Assembly (NCBI GenBank): GCA_020137815.1
Contig: CM035350.1
Location: 4,712,001-4,776,000, forward strand
DNA length: 64,000 nucleotides
DNA from: Hormiphora californensis
Lineage: Eukaryota > Animalia > Ctenophora
Direction of reading: 5' to 3'
This document shows positions 1 through 12,000 of this stretch, one piece after another (positions within the stretch are counted from its first letter, which is position 1; each line of letters opens with the position of its first letter). Made by a program: the position numbers and the translations under genes. Under the pieces are notes generated by a model. It ran no database searches, was not told where the DNA came from, and was given only the letters and a program-made list of their open reading frames with translations.

Positions 1-92
1 CATTGATGATCTAGGTCATCCTATATAACCCACTAAAGATTTACTGCTGATCTAGTTTAACTACCTACTGAGTCTCTCCCTCTCCTAACCAG

Positions 93-3000
93 GAAATCCG
101 TGTAAACTCTCCACCGTATGGCGTCCTGCCACCTCTCGCTGTGTCCCTAGTTGCATAACCAACTACGAGTACCTAGTGGATCCCACCCCTTACTCAGAGG
201 CCGATCTGGACAGCCTTCAGGTATTATAGTACACACAGGTGCAGCTGTTATTTTTTCTAACTAATGAGTGATGGTAGCAGGTGAGATCCCATGTGGGACA
301 CTCGATTGACGTGGTGTAGGGGCTGCATTTGAGATAATGAAATGAAGGAATGAGGCAGGGAATACATTTAATTGTTTTATGATGTCTGTTTTACACTGCC
401 CTGTGTGAACATAGTGCAGATGTTGCTCAAGCGTTTCCTTATGTCCCATTTCTAATTTCTGAATACCAAACTCTCAATTAATTCCAGGTTGGTATCCGCG
501 AAGAACAAGCAAACAAGTTCCTACTGGTCCAAGCGGGTGGACAAACCAACCAGAACATTCTGATGGCTGGGTGCCAAGATGGGGCTCTTGTCATGTTTAA
601 CCGCCGGTATGGCCGGGCAGATTTCCGGATCCAGGGTCATGAGTGCCGGGTGGCCCATATTGTTAGTAATACAACAACCAGTAGGGTGGTTAGTGCGGGG
701 GAGGACCATGTTATTAGGGTGTGGAGAATGTACCCATTCGCTGAGGAGGCTCTTGCTCCCATCTTCTCTTACTACACGGTATACCCAGCCGCTGAAGTTT
801 TAGCTTCGCGATTTCACATGAATTCAACCGCCGTTCAGTATCAGCCCCTAAAACCATTATCTCCGCATTAATCAACATGAATTACATGAAATTACCATTG
901 TTTTTTACCTAGGTAATAACCCCAAAGAACCTCATTACGGGAATGGAGAGGCTGTTTTTCAGCTACGAAAAGCCCGACACCTGTACCTATAGTGTGGTGA
1001 TGCATGACTTGCTCGACAAGAAGAACCGGTACTCCCACTCCCCAGATGACGACCATACCAGTACTATCAACTGCATTAGCGTCAGTGAGCCCCAGAGAAT
1101 CTTCATCTCGGGCAGCGTGGATGGAACCATCAAGGTAACCACCCCCCCCCCCCCCCGGTAATTCTGGGTTGTGTTGTTGAAACTGGAGCGTAGGGAGAGG
1201 TAATGGGAGATGTGTTGAATACAGCTGTGAGTTCAGGTATATTCTGAATATATTATGTTAGAGAAGGAATATGTTGTGGTAGCTCAGCCACGGAACTCCA
1301 TCTCATACCGGGGTGGTGGCCATCATGCCTGATTGAGATTAAGCAAGCACGTTAGCAACTCGTAGGATGCTGGATGGAGAATATTATTCAGAGCACGTCT
1401 CTACAATATTCCATGTACAACCAACATCTTTCTATCTTTTTATCCCATTAAATGCCACCAGCCATGACACACCCCAACGTTGCCCCCAGGTGTGGAATAT
1501 GGTTAACTTGCTGGTGCGGACTCTCGTCCTCAACACGATACCCTCCGCCATATGTTTTGGTAATCACCGCGGGGATATTCTCCTTTGCGTGAAGAATGAA
1601 ATAAGAAAAATTGAGTTTTCCTCCTACCTACCTGAAGATTATAGGAAACAAATGATTGGTGTTCAGTACCCTATCGAGGTTCGTTATGTACAGGGTGATT
1701 TTTTCTGTCTCTGATTGTCAGGTTAATTCAACTTATGAATTCCCATTATGTTGCATGTAATGTATTCCATACAACTAATGGGGGTTGGATGATAAGGTGA
1801 TAAAAGCTTTGACCTCGACCCCGTGCTAATGGGTTATATATGCTGTTTTCTCGAGAAATCCTCAATTGTTCAACCCGGGTTTCAAGACATCACACCTTCA
1901 ATAGATCACAGCTATAGAGCTTTTAGCACCCAGTCTCAAATGCAGGACGAAGTTGTTATATCCATCCACCTCATCCGCACGATACTGTGCCACGTCATCG
2001 ATTCAACATGTAGAGTTCACCGGGGATTCTATTGTTTACCAAGATGCAAGGACGCTATTCTGGATTACTTAGAGACTGCTGTCAAGCATTGATGCTGGTC
2101 AGGCCTGTAGCACTTGCGTCCTGCGTCAAACAACAACCGATTGTTATTTCTACCGAAGAGAATCAGTGCACTACATAAGGGAGATATGGGTCGGGGACGG
2201 CACCCTTTCAGACCATCAGTACCCAATGGTACTACCCATCCCACATTATAACCACCATAACACAGTCATGAACAATGATGCTTCCATTCCCTGCATCGGT
2301 TCGAAGGTATTCTCCTATCATCTTGATATACGAAGTAACAACACCCACTCACTACTGCTACAGGTGAGTGAGAGGCCGGTACCCAAGAGCCGTGGAGCGA
2401 AGGAGCTCATATCTGATCTGGATGGCACCCTACCATCGGGTATCCGACAAGATAGGGATCAGGAGGGTTATGTGCCCATATCAGAGCTAAAGAAGAGGGC
2501 GGAGGAGGAGGCATTCAAGAAAGCTGAAATCGCCAAACTGATGCAGAGGTACAAAAAGTTGTTTGTACTAGTATAGTCACAATACAATGTATGGTTCCCT
2601 AACCCCCTCAATTTATTGCCCAGAAATTACGAGCTTGAGCAGTTGTCTCAAGGGAAGTATGAAAGTAAAAAGTGTATAAGGAAGACAAAGAAGATGAGGG
2701 ATACAGCATTTGATAACTATTTCAAGATGGTCTACCCTCAAGAGCAGAAAATGGAGCTAATTGATGATGATCACTGCTTCGAGAAGGGCGTCTGGGTTGG
2801 GCCACCCTGTAAGTATCACAGTAGAAGGATCAGCTCGCACCTCGTTCTCGCAATGCTAATTGCTAAACAGAGCGAGAACGTGTTCGGGTGCAAGCAATTC
2901 GATCGAAAACTCAAAATTAACATTTTACACTGCTGCATGAACAAAAAATAACAAAAACCATTTTTGCATGACAAACAAAACATCCCAAACTCCCATATTT

Positions 3001-6000
3001 TGCATGCTATAGCAGAGAAAAGTTATCTTTTCCTTCTTCCCTTTTTACAATATGACCCTCTATCTCTCTCAACACAGCATCGGGAGTAACCTGTAAGTTG
3101 CAGGATGACCACTACTTGTGTATAGCTACCTGTAACTTAGTGTTTCTCTCTGTACTCTCTTCACTCAAATACTGTACAATGTGTTCGTTCTTGTGTTTTG
3201 TATCCGTGAAGCAAACACTAGACAACGCTATCCGCTGAAACTCCACACAAATTGTAATATTATTGATTATGGGGAACAGGCAGAATAATTGTTTGGACTT
3301 TGGATACCCCTGTACTGCTGTGAATGTAGTCGTTGGTACAATAACTGAGGTGTTTCGGCTGATTCTGTTGCATGAGCGATATGACTGGTGGCTATAACTC
3401 CTGAGGGGCCACCAACACACCACTAAGCCACAACTAAACTAAGGGTATTTCAGCGAGTGGTAGACGATGTTCCCTCGCCCCAACTCCCATTACCCCCACC
3501 TATCGTGAACAAGAAGAGCCTCCCTGAGGGAGATCTACCATCTGCTCCTGATGGTTTTAAACCCAACTCTTGTGTTAGGAAAGCAATACCGCTTACCAAC
3601 CCCTCCACCGGTTAGTACAGCTGGAGTCAAGAGTAGGATTCTACCCTATCGAACTTGTTGTTTTCCTGGTAGCACCTGTATTGTTTTCAGAAATCAAAGA
3701 GAAAGAAGGAATGGAAACTGAAAAAGTTGACTGCTGCTCAAATGTCAGAACTTGCAACGCACCTTGGCAACCAAGAAGTGAGTCCTGCCCGATACTTTAA
3801 CAGCAGATTACAGAAAATCGAAATATTTTTTACCACACCTTGAATTGCGTAACACACATCACACATGATCACACACGATCACACCACTCACGACCACACA
3901 CCAGGTGCCAGTGGTTGAGGAGGTGGAGATTGATTACGAGTTGATGCGACAGATAGAGGAGGAGGAAGAGGAAGAAGAACGAAAAAGGGTCATTATCATC
4001 TCCCCACTATCATATCGCACTCCATTAAATTCCCCCTAGGGGGGCCTCATCATCACAATATATATCACCCCTATTGATTCTCCCCCTAAATCACCCATAT
4101 CATAATGAGATCCTCCTAACCCTAACGCTGATAACCAAGTTTTCTCAGTTAATGGAGGGCCGAGAATGGATGTGCTCCAGTGAGTCTTCCTCGTCTTACT
4201 CCGATATCATTTCACCTGACCAAATGGACTCACCGGTATGTTAAATTCTAAAATTATAACATTGTTAGAAACACCAGTAACTGTTCTAAAAAAGAGTTCT
4301 TGCTGAGCAGAGAATACTGTTTGTTAGTAGGGGTTTGGAATTAACTCGTGTACCAGATAGCTATTTATACACTCTGATTCCATTCCCTGTAGATTTCTAC
4401 GGAGGAGGAGTATAGCCCAACTCCACCTCCCCCACCTCCCAAGACAGCCTCACGCTCCTCTCGAAGCTCAAGAAGGCTATCCAAGAAGACACTCGTTAAC
4501 CAGGTACACCCCCACCCAATAGATGGTCATTGGAATGGAATAGATGGTCATTGGAATGGAATTATTGAGTTAAGTTATTTCCGTGGTTTTATTATATATA
4601 GCCCGTGCTTTTGTGGTGCCAAAATCACGAAATCACAGAATGCCACTAACATGACTTCCCTCCTCCCTTCACAGGACGCAGAAGATGACGATGGGGAGTA
4701 TGTGCCATCTGATTACATGAACAAACTTCATGATATTATGTCCCAAGTTAAACCACCATCTCCACCAAGCTCACCAACACCCGGTAAACGACTATATTTT
4801 AAACTTATTGGGATAACTATTATTTTAAAACATTCATTTTTCGTAATGAATTACAAATTCGCAAGAAAATCGCTCTATTTTCCGAGCAGTATACCCATAT
4901 TTGGGTACTGTGCCCATATTTGGGCAGTGTTTCCATATTTGGGCAATATTCCCTATCGAAGTGACATCAGGAAAGTGTTGTTGAGGCTGTACGCCAGAAC
5001 AGCCTGTGCAGTAACAATCTTATCATCCGCATCTGCATCTTTTGCCACCGTAAATCTCTTCAGGATTTCTGCCACAAAACACTTCAGCTGTAGAATGGCA
5101 AAGTTTTTACCAATGCACTGTCGGGGTCCGACAAGGAAGGGCATGTAGGTGTAGGGTTTGGGTGTTGCCTCGGTGAATCGTTCAGGTCGGAATACATGAG
5201 GATCATCCCAGTACTCTTCATGGTTTTGCATAACGTACTTGCTGTTATGGAACTGAAACAAAGAAAATTGTGACACAGGATAATCGTACTCTCTGCCCAT
5301 CGCTGTGATGTATTTCAAGATTCGACTTACATCTGTCCCTTTGGGTATGGTATACCCGTTGATGTCCAGATCAGTGGTATTACGCCGAATCGTAACTTGA
5401 ACGGGAGGGTGCATCCGTAGAGTCTCTTTGAGAACTAAATCAAGGTAGGGCATGTTCTTCAGCGTCTCTCCGATCTCATCCGAAGTACTATCCAGTCCAA
5501 TACACGATTCAGTCCACACTCTATCAACCTAAATAGTATTTTACATCATTTGCGAGTAACTCGTTATCTCTTCGCAGTGTTAGATTGTTGAACATTTATA
5601 ACACCTAAGAACATCCCCCAAAGATACTCCTCAAAGTATATACCTTACTCTCGTTTTTTAAGAAACGCTTTAGGAAGAAACTTTTTTATAAGAAACTTTT
5701 CAAATGTAAATCACACAATTCAGAGACACCACAACAAAATAGAACACCCCTAACTTGTTTAGTTTCTTGATAAAGGAGAAATTCTTTTTGTTTTTGGATT
5801 GCTTACACCTGTAGTTTCCTAGAAAAAAAGTTTCTTATTTAAAAGTTTCTTGAAATATGCGAGCTTAATTAACGAGAGTAAGGTATGTCTCACCTCCTCT
5901 ACTAGGAGCTCCAGGACACGAGGATTCCTGACTACCTCGTTCAATAGGAAATTCATGGTTATCTGTGTAGTCGAATTACCAGCAGCATACATAGTGGTAA

Positions 6001-9000
6001 AGTCATCCAATGTCTCTTCCATGTTAATAGTGCCAGAGTCCTCGCCAGTGTTCGCAGCTGAGTGGAATTGGAAGGGGTTTATGGTAGGCGGTAGATGGTA
6101 CCATAATCTTAGCCAGTGTTAACATATATTTTGTTATGTACAATTATATTTTAAAGAAGGGGGTGCAGGTGCCAGGGTTTTCACTCGACCAGTATTAATA
6201 TGCTGATTTGATATAGGAATGCAGATATTGTTTGTTGTGATGCTTCCCATTACCATGTGCTAACTGCTACGGGCCTCAATCAAGGAGCCTGCAGCGTATG
6301 CCGATGTAATGCTTCCCATCAAATCTTGACACTTACTGACTATGTAGTCTAGAAGGTCATGGAAGGAACCGTAGGAATTAGTGTTGATGCGATTCATTAT
6401 CATGTTCTGAGCGGTGTCTCTCAAAGCCTGGACTTCGTTTTGAATTTTGTAGAAGTTCTCCCTCCGTTTTCTGTTGACCATCTTGTTAAAGACGTGTTAA
6501 TAAAACGAAATAGTTACGTACAGCGCGGCGCCGGCAAGCGTCCTGAGACAAGGGAATTCCAAGAAAAATAAGAGATAATCTGATAATTACCACAGAAATG
6601 TAGTCGGCTCCGTTGGTTACGGCGCTTGTTAAGCATTCCCTCATTTCTGTGTTTTTACTCCGAAGAATGGCTATTTCCTTATCTGTTGCTCCGAAGCCTG
6701 CCAGGCTGATGGCATCTGGAGGGAACAATATTGATATTATTAGTAAACATTGCTATTAGTAAACATCGCTAATAGCTGACACTTTCATAGTCGGCTGGCC
6801 GAGCTAGTGTCCAGCTGGCCGAGCTAGTGGCAATGGCCGTTCTATAGCTAAAAATTGAATGTGTTTAAACTAACCTATTGTGTAGGGGCTCCCTATGACA
6901 AACATATCAATTATACTTGGGCCGTCTGACTTGTCCAATTCACTCTCAATATGCCTAACAAGGTTGTCTGCCACCTTATAGAATCGGGGCAAGTAGGTGG
7001 ATAGACGGTTTAGTGTAAAAGCAGGGTCCATTAGTCTCCTGAAGGAAGGAAGAGATAACAAAAAGTTACTTTTAAAAGAAACTTTTAGAAAACAATTGAG
7101 TACATAGATTAAGAATCGAACATACCGTTTCCTTTTCCATTTTGGTCCACCAGTTGATGTCAAGACCGATTGTGTGCCACATACGTTCACTTTCCCGATC
7201 TTTATTACACTTATGGCACTACCTCCAAAGCTGTAACAATATTTAGTAAAATTTTGTTTAAATAATACCTTTAAGTTTTGTTTGAATTTTATCCTCCTAA
7301 CAGCTGATGGACTCACGGTTTTGGCACAAATGCATCAAGTTCAATTTTAGTGAAAATAGAAGTATCCATTAGAAAATCCTTAACAATAGTGGGATCTTGA
7401 ACGACAACGACTGGTTTGTAGGCCAGCCAAAAATTAAAGACCACCCCGTACTGTTGCGTCATCGAGAGGTAATGCTTTCCAATACAACCATGGTCTGCAA
7501 TACTCCTGAAGGAGGGGGATGTAATCAAAACAGGACATTAATCAATTAGTACTTGACTGCGTAGTGTGTTGAGGGGTTAACACGTGAAAAAAGAATAAGT
7601 CATACTTTCTAAATCCGAAGATGTTTCCAAGGAGGAAGCTATCCCTTTTCGGACCAGGAATCTTCTTGTACTGACTGAAAAATGCGTAATATTTAAAATT
7701 TTTACCCACAGCCATTTTGAAAACATACCTGTGTTTGTACACAAGATTTAGAGCACCGCATATCGCCAAAAAGACACTGATCACTCCTATGGTCTCTACA
7801 ATCATAATGCTAGAGTAACGGAACAACGGGTAAAGAAAATAAAGTATTTCCCTCCCCCTCGGTAAATCTCGCAATTAAATTATGAACATTATGATTTGCA
7901 TAAAAGGTTCCTAGTTGCAAAGCAAGATTTATTATTTGATTATCTTTTGCAAAACTCACCCGACATCGTTTCACAAGCCCCCCGGTTAATCTATAGCAAC
8001 ACACTATGGTTCAACCAGCGCGATCAAATCTGGTTTATGCAGCGACCAAACAAATTACTACCCACCTCCAAACCACCGTGTTTACATGTTGTTCAACCCT
8101 AGAGGCCGCCGGTATTCTTTACTATATCTACTAATCACCCCCACTATCAACTATAAATATATTTAACACAAATATGTGATCTGAATTTATACCCGTTTTA
8201 GATTAATTCTCCACCTTGCTCACCAACAACCAATAAAGTCGGATTTTTTTTGAATTTGTCACCCCCTTTCACACGCGGCGTCGTATTTGCGTGTGACAGC
8301 CCCCACTTGCTCTCACTTTACGGCAAAAAACCGCATATCATCGGAAAGAGCATAATTTTGTGAGTCCGTAATTTTTTTACGAAATTGGCCAAGAAACAAA
8401 GGCGTGAGAGCTGCGCCGAAACAAGTTTCCGACACGCAAATATAAAATCACACGCCACCAAGGGGGTGACAACTTCAAAAAATCCGACTTTAAACTACAA
8501 CTATGTATATTTAAGTTTTCATTTAATCAGGAAAGATATTATTTTACACTTTATTTTTAAAACATTCTTTTTTCATATCGATTTGCAATTCGCACGAGAA
8601 TATTTTTTGAACAGCATGTTCAATGTCCATTGTCCATACTCAACAGTATGCCAATATTTATGCATTGTGTCCATATTTGGGCAGTATCATGTTCATATTT
8701 GGGCAGTTTTCCCTATCGAGGTGACATCAGGAAAGTGTTGTTGACGCTGTACACCAGTATAGCTTGTGCAGTAATGATATCGCCCGCATCTGGATCTTTT
8801 GCCACTGTAAATCTCTTCAGGATTTCTGCCACAATACACTTGAGCTCCAGGATGGCAAAGTTTTTACCAATGCATTGTCGGGGTCCGACAAGGAAGGGCA
8901 TGTAGGTGTAGGGTTTGGGTGTTGCCTCGGTGAATCGTTCAGGTCGGAACACATGAGGATCATCCCAGTACCCTTCATGGTTTTGCATCACGTACTTGCT

Positions 9001-12000
9001 GCTATGGAACTGAAACGAAGAAATTTGTAACACCGGATGATCATAATTAATTTATCACCAGAAGTAGTAATTAACTAGGGTAAACCGGGGCAATTCGAAC
9101 AACCGGGGCAATTCGAACAATGTACTGCCCGTCTCTCACCTAGTTAAGCTATCATAATGACGTCATCTTATCTCCAGAAGAAAACTGCTCGTTCGAGCCT
9201 GCCCGTTACCACTAAATAGGCTCTAGATCCGGTTTAAGTTGGTCAATTTCCGATTTGAAAAAACCAGCTGAAAGCTAATAATATCAGCTTTCAGATGGTA
9301 TAAAAATTATTTAAATATTCGCATGTTTTCATTCCAAATTCTGGTAAATTAAGATTACCGGGGCAATTCGAACAACCGGGGCAATTCGAACCGGGGCAAT
9401 TTGGTTAACACCCGGGGCAATGATGTGCAGTTCTTTGTACCACGTGATCACGCGTAATACCGGGGCAATTCGAACAAGAACGACCAGCGTGTAGATTTCG
9501 TGTAGATTACATTGTTCGAATTGCCCCCACCTCTAACAACACCAGGCGGGAATCTTCTTCTGGTGTTGTGAGTACGTTCACCTGACTCCCACGTGACGAA
9601 ATAAAGCACTCCTATTGGTGTTGTCCGAATTGCCCCGGTACCATTTTTCCGACCAAAATTTTTAAATTAGTTATTTAGTTAAGTAAATGATTGTCCCTAG
9701 AGTTGAAATTTATCTTATTTGAAAGATAAAATAATGAACTTTAATCCTATGTCATTTTTTTCATTGTATCTTTTTTAAATGGGAGTGAGAACCGATTAAG
9801 TAAAAAGTTAACCATTTTGCCCCGGTTTACCCTATTCATACTCTCTCGATATTATTCATTTCAAGATTCTACTTACATCTGTCCCCTTGGGTATGGTATA
9901 CCCGTTGATGTTTAGATCAGTGGTATTACGCCGAAGCGTAACTTGAACGGGAGGGTGCATCCGTAGAGTCTCTTTGATGACCAAATCAAGGTAGGGCATG
10001 TTCTTCAGCGTCTCCCCGATCTCATCCGAGGTACTATCCAGTCCAATACACGATTCAGTCCACGCTCTATCAACCTAAACAGTATTGAACATCATTGGCG
10101 AGTACTTTTTCACAGTGTTAGATTGTTGAACATTTATAAGTTTTGCCGTTTTTGAGTAACACCTAAGAAAATCCCCCAAAGGCACTCCTCAAAGTATATA
10201 TGTCTCACCTCCTCCACTAGGAGCTCCAGGACACGAGGATTCCTGACTACCTCGTTCAATAGGAAATTCATGGTTGTTTGAGTTGTCATATTACCAGCAG
10301 CGTACATAGTGATAAAGTCATCCAAGGTCTCTTCCATGTTAATAGTGCCAGAGTCTTCGCCAGTGTTCGCAGCTGAGTGGAATTGGAAGGGGTTTAGGGT
10401 GGGTGGTAGGTTTATACCCAGAAGATGGTACCATAATCTTCTTTTATTATGAACGAATTTAGAGAATGGCTTCCCATTAAATCTTGACACTTACTGACTA
10501 TGTAGTCTAAAAGGTCATGGAAGGAGCCGTAGGAATTCGTGTTGATGCGATTCATTATCATGTTCTGAGCGGTGTCTCTCAAAGCCTGGACATCGTTTTG
10601 AACTTTGTAGAAGTTCTCCCTCCGTTTTCTGTTCATCATCTTGTTAGAGACGTGTTAGTAGAACGAAATAACAATTTAAACTGGTTTCTTGGTGTGCTGG
10701 CAAGCGGCTAAAGACGGTTAAACTATTTTTCTGATAATTACCACAGAAATGTAGTCGCCCCCGTTGGTAACTGCGCCTGTGAAGCAATCCCTCATTTTTG
10801 TGTTTTTACTCCGAAGAATAGCTATTTCCTTATCTGTTGCTCCGAAGCCTGCCAGGCTGATGGCATCTGGAGGGAACAATATTGATATTACTAAACAGTA
10901 AACATCGCTAATAACTGACACTTTCATAGTCAGCTGGCCGAGCTAGTGTCCAGCTGGCCGAGCTAGTGGCGATGGCTGTTCTAGCTAAAAAGGAATGTGT
11001 TTAAACTAACCCTAACCTATTGTGTAGGGGCTCCCTATGACAAACATATCAATTAAACTTGGGCCGTCTGACTTGTCCAATTCACTCTCAATATGCCTAA
11101 CAAGGTTGTCTGCCACCTTGAAGAATCGGGGCAAGTAGGTGGATAGACGGTTTAGTGTAAAAGCAGGGTCCATTAGTCTCCTGAAGGAAGGAAGAGATAA
11201 CAAAAAGTTACTTTTAAAAGAAACTTTTAGAAAACAATTGAGGACATCTTAAGAATCGAACATACCGTTTCCTTTTCCATTTTGGTCCACCAATTGATGT
11301 CAAAACCGATTGTGTGCCACATACGTTCACTTTTCCGATCTTTACTATACTGATGGCACTACCTCCAAAGCTGTAACAGTTAGTAATTTTTTAACTGGGT
11401 TTTAAATGCTTATGCATATTGTTAACACAATGTGTTGTATGTCATATCAATGTTATGGAGGCATCTATCTACTCACGGTTTTGGGACGAATGCATCAACT
11501 TCAATTTTAGTGAAAATAGATGTATCCATTAGAAAATCCTTAACAATTGTGGGATCTTGAACGACAACAACTGGTTTGTAGGCCAGCCAAAAATTAAAGA
11601 CCACCCCGTACTGTTGAGTCATTGAGAGGTAATGCTTTCCAATAGTTTCATGGTCTGCAATACTCCTGAAGGAGGGGAAAAATAGTTGACCTACAGATAC
11701 AGTAAATATAATAATTAATTACTACTCGGTTGCGTAGTGTGTTTGATGTGAAGAAAAGAATAAATAAATTACTTTCTAAATCCGAAGATGTTTCCAAGAA
11801 GGAAGCTATCCCTCGCCGGACCAGGGACTTTGTTGAATTGACTGAGGATAGAAATTTAATCAGCTTAGTATTTGAGACTTTTACCAACAACCTAGCTATT
11901 TGAACACATACCTGTGTTTGTAGACAAGATTTAGAGCACCGCATATCGCCAAAAAGACACTGATCACTCCTATGGCCTCTAGAATCATGATGCTAGAGCA

